From the NCBI GenBank assembly GCA_001512375.1, contig LFRN01000139.1, positions 4 to 64,003 on the forward strand: a DNA stretch of 64,000 bases. Direction: 5' to 3'. The DNA is from Candidatus Methanoculleus thermohydrogenotrophicum. GTDB taxonomy: Archaea > Halobacteriota > Methanomicrobia > Methanomicrobiales > Methanoculleaceae. Below, in pieces: positions 9,587 through 18,942 of this stretch. The notes under the pieces were generated by a model. The model saw only the letters and a list, made by a program, of their open reading frames with translations. It searched no databases and was not told the origin of the DNA. Made by a program: the position numbers and the translations under genes. Each line of letters starts with the position of its first letter. Positions within the stretch are counted from its first letter, which is position 1.

Positions 9587-11576
9587 GGTCATCCTCCCGG
9601 TGCTCTCCTGGCTTGCGGTCATCAAGGTGCTCCACCTCGGCGCCTGGCCGGTGCTTGACCGCACCCTTGGCAGCCTCGCGGCCGCTGCCGCATACCCGGC
9701 ATCAATCCTCGTCTTCACGCTTTTCTCATGGTACGGCGGGCTTTTCGGTCTTCCGGTCTGGCTCGCCCTCCTGCCGTTCGTGGGGGTGATCGCCTACGCC
9801 GGATCGCAGGGGTTCTACACGAAGGGACGTCTGCGGTCAGCACTCCGCTGGGACCTTGCCTTCCTCATCCCCTTCCTCTTCATGCTCGAGGTGCGCTGGA
9901 TCAACCCGACCATCTCTTATGCCGAGAAGTTCATGGATCACGCGTTCCTTGCGTCGATCATGCGTCATCCGACCGTGCCGCCGCTCGACCCCTGGTATGC
10001 GGGCGGGACCCTGGATGTCTACTACTACGTTGGCTACTGGATGAGCGGGGCGCTCGGGCTTGTGGCCGGCGTGCCCTCAACGGTCACGTTCAATCTCGTC
10101 CTCCCGACCGTGCTCGGGCTTGCCACGGTCTCGCTCTACGCCCTCGGGCACCTCCTCCTGGACCGCTACCGGTGGCTCCCGGTGCTCGTGCTCTTCATCC
10201 CGAACCCCTCTGCGGTCTATCTCATCCTGTCCGGGGCTCCCTGGTCTGAGATCCTCTGGGATAGCACCCGGACAATAGCAAACACCATCAACGAGTACCC
10301 CCTCTTCTCAATGCTCTGGGGCGACGTCCACCCGCATGTCATGGGTCTCTTCAACCAGGCGTTCCTGCTCTTCCTGCTGGTCTTTGCCTACATGCGCTGG
10401 GGCACCCTCTCGATGCGGGGACGCGCGGTCCTCTGCGGGCTTTCCGCCCTGAGCCTCGGGTCGATGCCCGGGTTCAACTCCTGGGACGTGCTGGTCTACG
10501 CCCCGGTCACCCTGGTCTTTGGGTTCCTCATCTGGCGGCGCTACGGGAGCTTCTCCCTGGATGACAGGAGGTCTTGGATGGTGCTTGCGGTCGTGCCGCC
10601 GCTTGCGGTCGCAACCTACCTCCCGTTCTACCTCCACCTCAACAGCCCCGGGATCGGGGGGATCGGGATCGTCCCGGCACCCTCAGCCCCGGTGGAGTTC
10701 CTGCTGGTCCACGGGTTCTTCCTCGCAGTGCTCATCGCCGCCTGTGCCGCTGATATCTGGAGGCGCCCCTACCTTCTGCTCGCCGCGGTGCCGTTCGTGC
10801 TCGTCGGTTACCCGGCCGCGGCCATCGCTGTCGTTCCGCTGGTCTACCTCGTCGTACGTCGCCGGTTCTCGGTCGCTGATACCCTCGCGATCCTCGGGCT
10901 CCTGGTGATCATCGCCACCGAGTTCCTCTACCTCAAAGACAACATGGGCGAGACCTACTTCCGGATGAACACGGTATTCAAGTTCTATCTCCCGGCCTGG
11001 ATTCTGATGGGGACGGCAAGTTCAATCGTCGTCGGGGACTGGCTCCGGAGCGCCGGGGTCGGCCGGCACCTGCCTGCCCGGGCGGGGAGGGTGTTCCCGG
11101 TGCTCGTTATTGTGGCTCTCCTCATCACGCCCTTCGCGATCAACATCGACTTCGGCTACGGGAGTCGCACCCTCGATGGGGCAGCCTACCTTCAGGCGTC
11201 GCACCCCGGGGATGCGGCAGCGATCGCGTTCCTCCGTGACCTCCCGGGCGACCATATCATCATCGAGGCTGAGGGCGGGGACTACACGTACTACTCCCGG
11301 GTATCCTCGTTCACCGGGATCCCGACCATCATCGGGATGCCGTTCCACGAGTACATGTGGCGGGGGGAGGAGGGGCGTGTAGGCAAGCGGATGGCTGATG
11401 TGCGGGCGATATATGAGCAACCGTCGCTTGCCATCGACCTTGCGCGGGCGTACAACGCGACCCTCCTCTACGTGGGCGCCGCGGAGCGAGACCGCTACGC
11501 CGTCTCGCTCCCGACCGAGGCACTCGAACTCATCTATGATGCTGAGGGCGTCCAGATATACCAGATCCCGGCGTGA
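9579..11576 (+). CDS. DUF2298 (YYY-motif) polytopic membrane protein, probable GT-C glycosyltransferase
   Basis: EKFMD, PPLDPWYAG, VYYY, INEYP...GDVHPH and RMNTVFKFY motifs; many TM helices. Confidence 0.85.
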   Translation: MGEVILPVLSWLAVIKVLHLGAWPVLDRTLGSLAAAAAYPASILVFTLFSWYGGLFGLPVWLALLPFVGVIAYAGSQGFYTKGRLRSALRWDLAFLIPFLFMLEVRWINPTISYAEKFMDHAFLASIMRHPTVPPLDPWYAGGTLDVYYYVGYWMSGALGLVAGVPSTVTFNLVLPTVLGLATVSLYALGHLLLDRYRWLPVLVLFIPNPSAVYLILSGAPWSEILWDSTRTIANTINEYPLFSMLWGDVHPHVMGLFNQAFLLFLLVFAYMRWGTLSMRGRAVLCGLSALSLGSMPGFNSWDVLVYAPVTLVFGFLIWRRYGSFSLDDRRSWMVLAVVPPLAVATYLPFYLHLNSPGIGGIGIVPAPSAPVEFLLVHGFFLAVLIAACAADIWRRPYLLLAAVPFVLVGYPAAAIAVVPLVYLVVRRRFSVADTLAILGLLVIIATEFLYLKDNMGETYFRMNTVFKFYLPAWILMGTASSIVVGDWLRSAGVGRHLPARAGRVFPVLVIVALLITPFAINIDFGYGSRTLDGAAYLQASHPGDAAAIAFLRDLPGDHIIIEAEGGDYTYYSRVSSFTGIPTIIGMPFHEYMWRGEEGRVGKRMADVRAIYEQPSLAIDLARAYNATLLYVGAAERDRYAVSLPTEALELIYDAEGVQIYQIPA

Positions 11577-11905
11577 TACCGTTGGACTGTTTCGTCTAAC
11601 GCCGGAGCAGGGGCGGAGCAGGGGGCCTGACAGAGTCGTGTAATCTGGAACCGATGGAGTAGCAGCTCCGCAGCCTTCCGTGTGAGGCGACAAGTGCGTG
11701 GTGAAACGTCAGGTGCGACAGTCCACCACTGCTGGCCACGCTCATGCGAGGAGACGCGAAGATGACCGGGCCGCACCTCCTCGCGGCGCGGTCGAATGAC
11801 ATACCTTTATCTTTCGTCCTATTGACATAATAGAGCACATTCGATCAGCTACGCTACTGATGAATGATGACGGGGCGGGATACCTGCCCCCGAAAGAGGT
11901 GAGTT

Positions 11906-12274
11906 ATGGCAAAGGCATACGTGAAATTTGAGACTCCAGAAGAGATCCAGAATAAGGCCCTTGAAGCCCTTGAGGTAGCAAGAGATACCGGTAAGGTGAA
12001 GAAAGGGTCCAACGAGGCAACGAAAGCAGTAGAACGGAACATCGCCCAGCTGGTTCTTATTGGCCTGGATGTTGAGCCTGAAGAGATTGTGATGCACCTG
12101 CCGCCGCTCTGCGACGAGAAGCAGATTCCTTATGTCTACATAACAAAGCAGAACGATATCGGGGCTGCAAGCGGCCTTGAGGTTGGTTCTGCAGCCGCCG
12201 CTATCATCAAGCCCGGTAAGGCAAAGGATCTCGTCGGGGAGATCGCGAAACAGATAGCTGCACTGAGAGAGTGA
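11906..12274 (+). CDS. rpl7ae: 50S ribosomal protein L7Ae
   Basis: [13 protein letters not shown] and [12 protein letters not shown]; GAGGTGA RBS upstream. Confidence 0.97.
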   Translation: MAKAYVKFETPEEIQNKALEALEVARDTGKVKKGSNEATKAVERNIAQLVLIGLDVEPEEIVMHLPPLCDEKQIPYVYITKQNDIGAASGLEVGSAAAAIIKPGKAKDLVGEIAKQIAALRE

Positions 12275-12285
12275 GGTGTTAGATT

Positions 12286-12495
12286 ATGGCAAACGACGGA
12301 ACGCCCGCAGAAGTCATCGAGATCATCGGTCTCACCGGGATGCATGGCGAAGCCCAGCAGGTGAAGTGCCGGGTCCTTGAGGGGCCGAACAAGGGGCGGA
12401 TCATCACCCGCAACACCGTGGGTCCCATCAGGGAGGGGGACATCCTCTCGCTGCTCGAGACTGAGCGTGAAGCCAAGAAGCTCTCGAGGCGGTAA
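12286..12495 (+). CDS. rps28e: 30S ribosomal protein S28e
   Basis: [16 protein letters not shown] and LLETEREA. Confidence 0.97.
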   Translation: MANDGTPAEVIEIIGLTGMHGEAQQVKCRVLEGPNKGRIITRNTVGPIREGDILSLLETEREAKKLSRR

Positions 12496-12500
12496 AAAAC

Positions 12501-12692
12501 ATGGTCGAGCAATATATCTGCAGTTTCTGTGGGGGGGTCCTGGAGCCTGGTACTGGCAAGATGTTTGTCAAGCGGGACGGGACTATCTACTATTTCTGCA
12601 GCAGCAAGTGCCAGAAGAACTACAGGCTCGGCCGGGTGCCGCGCCGTGTCCAGTGGACCGCGGCTGGGCGGAGAGCCCGCGGCAAAGAGTGA
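12501..12692 (+). CDS. rpl24e: 50S ribosomal protein L24e
   Basis: CSFCG...EPGTGKMFV...FCSSKC zinc motif. Confidence 0.97.
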   Translation: MVEQYICSFCGGVLEPGTGKMFVKRDGTIYYFCSSKCQKNYRLGRVPRRVQWTAAGRRARGKE

Positions 12693-12698
12693 TCAGGC

Positions 12699-13148
12699 AT
12701 GGAGCGCACGTTTGTGATGGTCAAGCCCGACGGCGTCCAGCGTGGACTTGTCGGCGAGATCATCTCCCGGTTTGAGGCGAAGGGGCTGAAACTTGCAGCA
12801 GCCAGACTCGAGCTTCTCGCCGAAGAGCGGGTTGTCGAGCAGTACCGGGAGCACCTCGAGAAACCGTTCTTCCCGGGGCTGAAGGCCTACATCATGAGCG
12901 GTCCCTGCTTCCTGACGGTCTGGGAAGGGAGAGACGCAGTCGCAGTCGTCCGCAGGATGATCGGCGCTACAAACCCCGCAGAGGCAGCACCGGGTTCGAT
13001 CCGCGGTGATTTTGGCCTTGATATCGGGCGGAACGTGATCCACGCATCAGACTCCCCCGCGAGCGCCGCACGCGAGATTGGTATCCACTTTGGGCCAGCC
13101 GAGCTGATCGAGTACTCAAAGATCGACGAGCCCGTCCTCTACGAGTAA
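12699..13148 (+). CDS. ndk: Nucleoside diphosphate kinase
   Basis: [25 protein letters not shown] and NVIHASDS. Confidence 0.97.
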   Translation: MERTFVMVKPDGVQRGLVGEIISRFEAKGLKLAAARLELLAEERVVEQYREHLEKPFFPGLKAYIMSGPCFLTVWEGRDAVAVVRRMIGATNPAEAAPGSIRGDFGLDIGRNVIHASDSPASAAREIGIHFGPAELIEYSKIDEPVLYE

Positions 13149-13220
13149 CGCCGGAGAAACCGGTGGAGACCGACTATCTTTTTTCCACCTTTGCGGGGCT
13201 CGCGGTGGCATGAGCGTGAC

Positions 13221-13300
13221 GGCTCCCTGCGCAAGCGGAGGGTAGTTCACGTGGAAACATTGGTGACTGCTCCCCTGCCTTCGATAGGGAGCATCCGGGG
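13221..13300. mobile_element. Two head-to-head IS200/IS605 right-end relics
   Basis: GCTCCCTGCGCAAGCGGAGGGTAGTTCAC (13222-13250, +) faces GTGACTGCTCCCC...GGGAGCATCC (13263 onward, -). The latter matches the ends at 56720 and 63948. Confidence 0.6.
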
Positions 13301-13373
13301 TAAGATGCCCCGATCTTATTGATCCCGGTCCATCACGACGAGCCCGCGATGCAGGCAAGAGTGAAATGGTCCG

Positions 13374-14048
13374 CTACTCTGATATCCGCCCGGTTGCCTT
13401 CCAGTGTTCATACTGGTGGGGCCAGCGGTCCTTGTTCGCCATGACCAGGGCCCGCATTCGCTCGAGCATCTCGGCATGGAATCTCTCCTGTTCCGGGTAG
13501 GTCTCTTTATTCTCGATGGCTCGTACGAGTTGCTTGCCGAGTTCGTAGGCTCGCTCCTCCGCCGGCACGATCATCGCCTCGGGGTCTTCCCCGAGGACCA
13601 CGCCGACACCGCCTACGGTGTTCGCGCCCAGGGTCTGGAGGACGCCGTTGAGGTAGGCCACGACCTCATCAGCCCCCGATCCCCCTGCCGTGGCGACGGC
13701 GCACCCATACTTCCCGATGAACATCTGGCAGTGGATGGCGTCCGACATCCGGTCGAGCATGGTCTTTGTCTGGGCGGTGACAGAGTTGACATAGTTGGGC
13801 GAGCCGAGCACGATTCCATCGCTTGCAAGCATCTTCTCGTAGAGTTCGAGAAAGTCATCTATGTTGACGCACTCTCCCTGCTCGTAGCAGGTCATGCACC
13901 CGTTACAGTACTCGATCTCGAGTTTGCAGACATCCATGAATTCCACATCGGCCCCGACACTTCTGGCTCCATCAAGGACTGCCCGGACAAGCCGGAGCGT
14001 CTGGCTCTTCGAACCGCGGGGACTCCCATTAATTCCAAGTATCTTCAT
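13374..14048 (-). CDS. Iron-sulfur flavoprotein / multimeric flavodoxin (Isf/WrbA family)
   Basis: ILGINGSPR, CNGCMTCYEQGEC (CxxCxxCx5C) and GSPNY. Confidence 0.92.
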   Translation of the reverse strand: MKILGINGSPRGSKSQTLRLVRAVLDGARSVGADVEFMDVCKLEIEYCNGCMTCYEQGECVNIDDFLELYEKMLASDGIVLGSPNYVNSVTAQTKTMLDRMSDAIHCQMFIGKYGCAVATAGGSGADEVVAYLNGVLQTLGANTVGGVGVVLGEDPEAMIVPAEERAYELGKQLVRAIENKETYPEQERFHAEMLERMRALVMANKDRWPHQYEHWKATGRISE

Positions 14049-14069
14049 CTTTTTCTCTCCTTGGTAATG

Positions 14070-14528
14070 TTACATGACTACTTCGGGACACCTGCCAGGC
14101 CTGCTTACGCGATATCGTACACGACCACAGTCTCGGCATGATACTTGCTGATCGCAGTCACCCGGGAGCGGATCGATGGTGAATATCGTCGTCTCGCCTG
14201 CCTGGAACTGAGGGACCCGGGTGGTCCCGGTCGACCGTATCAATGCTGGCCCCGTCGACGGGCATGAAACGGATGACAGCGTTCTTCCCGGGTGCATCGC
14301 CGCTCCAGTCATACCAGGCAACAGGACATTCGGTGCGGGGGAATGCTTCTCCAGCGCGGTGACGGTGGCCGAGAACGATGGTTGCTGCCTGGCGGGTAGG
14401 TAGTCTTCTGAGCGGTGGGTGTCGCCTCCGGTGTCCCGATACAGCCTGCCGTGGCGGCAGAGCCGATGAGGCAGGCCAGGAGCAGAAGATCTGCATACCT
14501 CTTCTTCAGGGAGCGACACCACCTGCAT
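14070..14528 (-). pseudogene. Possible degenerate FmdE-like gene
   Basis: Fragments EEVCR..PGL, RSED, IFTI and VSCRDCG resemble FmdE; a VAENDGC-like piece lies on the opposite strand. Weak evidence. Confidence 0.3.
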
Positions 14529-14552
14529 GGTGCTTTATCGACGGGGGGCTAT

Positions 14553-14700
14553 GTGAAACTTACCCCGCCCTAAAGGACGGGGCTTCCCGGCTATCATGGA
14601 CAATACCTGCATCACAGAGGTGTGATGTAGCGGTCTCATCTCCACAGGCTCAAAGGGCTGTTCCATCCCCAGGCGGTGAATATGCACCGTAGCATTATAT
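14553..14700 (-). mobile_element. Non-autonomous IS605 right end carrying the tnpB 3-prime/omega-RNA region
   Basis: Reverse complement closely matches 35065-35204 (GGGATGGAACAGCCC...GAGATGAGACCGCTACATCAC...GAAGCCCCG hairpin) and ends in TTTCAC. Confidence 0.85.
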
Positions 14701-14704
14701 AGTC

Positions 14705-15490
14705 AGTCGCTCATCAGCTTTGAAGCCTACTTAAGGCTTAAGGAACGTCTTCACCCACTTTTCCCGGTAACTTCTTTTTGCTTGCCAGTATCTCAAACGC
14801 CCTTGCAATTACGGTTGTGAGGTGCTCATAGTTCATGATGAGGGTCGCTGCGACTCTCGCTTGATCGCCCGCCAGATCTGCTCGATGGGGTTGAGATCCG
14901 GGGAGTATGGCGGGAGATACACGGGCGGGATATTGTTGTTGGCGGCGTTACGCTTTGCCCAGCACCGCGTGGTGCGAACTGAAGTTATCCAGCACGACGA
15001 TCAGCCGTTTCCCCGGGTTTGCCTGCCTGAACGCTCTCGAAAGGTGATGGTGGAGGTGTCATTGACGACAAGAATGCCAGAGGTGTTGGCGCGGATCTTG
15101 GTGGTATTTTTCACCATCGGGGTACGCTCAAACGACCACATGCGCTGGGTATTGGCCGTTGTTTGGGGAGAACACTCGTCAAGGAACCCAGGCACCGTGT
15201 TCTTGCTCATCCGCGGGAGTTTTTTTTTGAGCACCTGTTCTGCATCCCGGGGTCGGCGGTAATCCCGCGGATAGGGTTTCCCGGAGAACATGCCAGACGA
15301 TTTGAGGATCCGCCGGACCTGGTCCAGACTGTAGTCGACGCCGAACTGCGACTGGATCCGGTGCTGGACTTCGGCGGTTGTCCAGTCTTCTTTCTCCCGG
15401 AGTTTTTCAAGCAAAGCGGCTTTCTGTTCGTCAGTGAGTTTCGAAGGGTGGCCGCCGGCATGCTTCGGAACCAGCCCGGCCGGGTCACGG
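14705..15490 (-). mobile_element. IS630-family transposase, truncated and frameshifted
   Basis: HTH part GGHPSKLTDEQK...WTTAEV...FGVDYS, A8 run (LKKK), DDE part GFLDECSP, and YLPPYSPDLNPIEQIW in another frame. Confidence 0.85.
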
Positions 15491-15582
15491 CGTTGATGAT
15501 GGGGCGCCGGACTATGAGCGCCCCTGCATGAACCCGGCATCGCCTGGTTCATGCGGCGAGGGGAGGCGTGATCGCGCCGATA

Positions 15583-16680
15583 TCATGCCGTCACTCCCTC
15601 GTCGAGATGCCAGACCGGGCGGGCCTTGCCGATGTTTGCCTCTAGGTAGGCGTGGGAAGGATCAAAGTCCTCTGGAACCTCGAAGAAGAGATACCCATCT
15701 CTAGATTCGTGTCGCTCAAGAAGGCTCGTGGAGTAGGAATCACCCTGATTGGTTGGTCCCGGGGCTGGCATCGGGCGGTAGGTCTCTCCGGAATAGTGGA
15801 GGGTGAAGGCATTCTCCCGCGGAGTCTGGAGACGAGAGTTCGTGCCGTCCCCCTTATGACCAAGGTGGGTCGCTTTTATGGCGACTAACAGGAAGGATTC
15901 TCCGGGCTTTGCGGTGTACTTCTGGGGTTTCAGACCGGTGGTATAGAACGATTGCAGTGTCCTGACTCGGACGACGATCAATGAACCTGAGTTTGCTCCG
16001 CTGGCATCATCGTAACAGAACCGTTCACCGATCTGCAGGGCGTCGGGGAATGCGGGAGCAGGCTCCACTGCACGACTCATCGAAGCCGGCTCAGTCTCTG
16101 GACTGCCAGCATCAGGGGATCTGCAGCCCCGCAGGGCACCGGAGAGGTGTTCGGCCCCGAGAACCAGGCGGCCCAGTGCTTCGTCCACCACACTCTGGTT
16201 CAGGGGGACACTTCCGTCAAGCAGGGTGCCGGCTGCGATGAACTCATCGAGGGCTGCGATAAAATCCGCGTGAGCAGACGCTACTCCAGGCGATACGTCG
16301 AGGGCTGAAGCATCGAGACGGGCACTGCCTGCAAGGGAACAGATATCGGCTGCCCGGTCGCGGAGTGCTGCATCGTCCTGGATATGCGCAGAATAAACCT
16401 CTCCTGCAGCAAGTTCCAGGAGCGGGACGCTCGTTCTGGCGATCAGCGCTTCCAGCCTCTCGTCGTCGTTTAGGGGTTCAGGAAGGAGTACCGTCTCATT
16501 TTCTGTCTCGAGATCTGGGAGGGTTTCGTTCCCGGAAAGACCGCCGATGTCGGACCCGTTCACCGGGGGATGAAGCGATAGTGCCACAAACGCTTCCGGG
16601 AGTAGTGGATACAGAAACAGGATCACCCCGATACAACCGGCCATAAGCAGTACCACCGCTTGAGAACTTCTCGATACCAC
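15583..16680 (-). CDS. Membrane-anchored protein with C-terminal DUF4352-like Ig domain (paralog 1)
   Basis: N-terminal TM; C-terminal FLLVAIKATHLGHKGD...FTLHY...GYLFFEVP; GTG start. Confidence 0.75.
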   Translation of the reverse strand: MVSRSSQAVVLLMAGCIGVILFLYPLLPEAFVALSLHPPVNGSDIGGLSGNETLPDLETENETVLLPEPLNDDERLEALIARTSVPLLELAAGEVYSAHIQDDAALRDRAADICSLAGSARLDASALDVSPGVASAHADFIAALDEFIAAGTLLDGSVPLNQSVVDEALGRLVLGAEHLSGALRGCRSPDAGSPETEPASMSRAVEPAPAFPDALQIGERFCYDDASGANSGSLIVVRVRTLQSFYTTGLKPQKYTAKPGESFLLVAIKATHLGHKGDGTNSRLQTPRENAFTLHYSGETYRPMPAPGPTNQGDSYSTSLLERHESRDGYLFFEVPEDFDPSHAYLEANIGKARPVWHLDEGVTA

Positions 16681-16826
16681 TGCCTAGAGTATTATGCACC
16701 AGAGAGATATTTGTTACGGGTGGAACCCCCTGAGGCGCGGTAGGCCACCATGGCCCCCTCGGTGAGGCCGGGGGCGCACCTGCTCTCCAGGGAACTAACT
16801 TACCGTTCCGCCCCGCGCGCCCCAGG

Positions 16827-18017
16827 TCAGAGTGTCTTTCCGAGTGCCCAGACCGGGGAATCCGCTCTACCGAGGTCCACCCGCACGTAACATTCGTCGA
16901 TGGGGAGCGCTTCCGGGACATCAAAGAGTATGTATCCTACCTTCTTCTCGTGGCGGTCCAGCGTCGTCGCATCGTACGGCTCGCCGAGCGATGTCCCGTG
17001 CGCGAGCTTTATCGGAGAATAGGTGTTGTCACGGTAATGCAGGGTGAATGCATTGATACCCGGGGTCTGGATCTTGTATACCCGACTATCTCCTTTATGG
17101 CCCAGATTCGTAACCCTTACCTCAACCAGCAGGAACATCCTTCCAGGATCCGCCGTAATCACCTCTGTGCTCTCATCGGACTGGCGGTATACCCTGATCT
17201 TTGTTACCCCGGCTAACATCAGAGAGATGTCGTTTGCACGGTGACGGTCCTCATAGAGGTACCGTTGCAGGAGTGCCAGTTCTTCCCCGGCGTCGGATGC
17301 GGCGAGCGGTCTGGACTCAGGGAAACTGACCTCGACGATCTCCTGTGGTACATGCAGCACCGGACGATCCAGACCCTCGAACGCCTTGCGGAGATGGGCC
17401 GAACCTCGCTGGAGCTCCCCGAGAGCCGTATCCACTCTGGTCCCGTTGAGAGGGTCGTTCCCCTGCAGTGTCTCGCCTGCTGCTACATACGACTCGAGGG
17501 AGAGGGTGAACGCGGTCTTCACAGGTTCCTGGAGGTCTGAGACCTCAAGCCTCTCTGTCTCCCTGAGAAGATTCTTTGCAAGCGCGTGGAGCGATGCCGC
17601 GTTCTCCTTCACCGACTTCTCATCCCAGGAGTAGAGGGCGTGGGTGTTCTGCAGAGAGAGTAGCATGAGTGAAGCGCTGCTGTTTTCGATCAGGGCTGCC
17701 AGTTCGTCGTCATCGTAGTCGGGTTCGGGTACGATCGGCGTGCTATTCTCGACAGGAGAGGTCTCATCTCCGTCAGGAACAGCTGGATTGTCAAGCACTT
17801 CCGGGGTCTGCACAGAGGTGATATTCAGGGGCTGGCCACTAAGGAGTCGCTCTCTGGCCTCAGTGAGGAGAGAGGAGAGGTCCTGGGTGATGACCGGCTG
17901 CGGGGGCGCGGGGTCGGGCGAGCTGGCCGCGTCCGGCAGGGTCGGGGAAGGGCTGAAGAAGATTGCGGTAAAGACGATCAGGGCCAGTATCGTCACGACA
18001 GCATCCGGGAGGTTCAC
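16827..18017 (-). CDS. Membrane-anchored protein with C-terminal DUF4352-like Ig domain (paralog 2)
   Basis: Same architecture; shares LGHKGD, FTLHY, L-RHE and GY-LF-VP with paralog 1. Confidence 0.75.
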   Translation of the reverse strand: MNLPDAVVTILALIVFTAIFFSPSPTLPDAASSPDPAPPQPVITQDLSSLLTEARERLLSGQPLNITSVQTPEVLDNPAVPDGDETSPVENSTPIVPEPDYDDDELAALIENSSASLMLLSLQNTHALYSWDEKSVKENAASLHALAKNLLRETERLEVSDLQEPVKTAFTLSLESYVAAGETLQGNDPLNGTRVDTALGELQRGSAHLRKAFEGLDRPVLHVPQEIVEVSFPESRPLAASDAGEELALLQRYLYEDRHRANDISLMLAGVTKIRVYRQSDESTEVITADPGRMFLLVEVRVTNLGHKGDSRVYKIQTPGINAFTLHYRDNTYSPIKLAHGTSLGEPYDATTLDRHEKKVGYILFDVPEALPIDECYVRVDLGRADSPVWALGKTL

Positions 18018-18373
18018 AATGAGGATGTAGTGGCCTCTCTAGATAGATATATTTCGCGGAAAGGTTCCTTTCCGAGGCCATCAAACCAATACCCTCTCTT
18101 CTGGTTTGATGCCTTGATCTTCATCCGGTCAGATGATTCGGAATCGGCGCAGGCAGCCGCGATACCCGGGTGAGAGCCCGGGCTAGCATCTGGTGATGGT
18201 CTGGAGAGACGGTTGCCGGTATTCTCCGAAAATCGGGTTTGATCACCGGGCTGCCTGGATGCAGGGCCCTGGGGAGCGCAGTCCTCTCAAAACGGTTCAT
18301 CCCCGGGTCTCTCTCTGCAGCATGGGCAACCTTTTCTGACATCCGGACAAATCAAAAGAGGGAGATAGATAGC

Positions 18374-18601
18374 ATGTGTATCGCAATGCCCGCGGAGGTG
18401 CTGGAGATCAAGGATGGCAACATCGGTGTCGTCGACTTCGGGGACCTGAGACAGGAGGTCAGGCTTGACCTTGTGGACGTGAGCGTCGGGGACTTCGTGC
18501 TCGTCCATGTCGGGTTTGCTATCCAGCGCCTCAGCAGAGAGGAGGGGCTCGAGACTCGCGAGATCTTCAGGCAGGTCCACGCCGCGATGATGGAGGAGTA
18601 A
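18374..18601 (+). CDS. hypC: Hydrogenase maturation chaperone HypC
   Basis: MCIAMPAEV N-terminus and VLVHVGFAI. Confidence 0.95.
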   Translation: MCIAMPAEVLEIKDGNIGVVDFGDLRQEVRLDLVDVSVGDFVLVHVGFAIQRLSREEGLETREIFRQVHAAMMEE

Positions 18602-18942
18602 TGCACGAGTACAGCATCGCCTACGACATCTACACGACCGCACGCCGGGCGGCGCTCGATCATGACGCAAAAGAGGTTAAACGCGTCTCGGTGGACGTCG
18701 GCAAGATGGCGATGGCAAACCCCGAGCAGGTGGAGTTCCTCTTTAATATCATCATCGAGGGTGACCCGCTCTTCTCGGGCGCCCGGCTCTCGTGCCGGGA
18801 CGTCGAGGTGCGCACCCGCTGCTCCTGCGGCTACGTGGGGAACGAGCGGTTTGTCTGCCCCCGGTGTGGGAAACTCCCGGAGGTTGTTGCAGGGATGGAG
18901 ATCGTGGTCACAAATATAGAGATAGAAGTGGACGAAGAATGA
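18601..18942 (+). CDS. hypA: Hydrogenase nickel metallochaperone HypA
   Basis: MHEYSIA, CSCG and CPRCG. Confidence 0.95.
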   Translation: MHEYSIAYDIYTTARRAALDHDAKEVKRVSVDVGKMAMANPEQVEFLFNIIIEGDPLFSGARLSCRDVEVRTRCSCGYVGNERFVCPRCGKLPEVVAGMEIVVTNIEIEVDEE

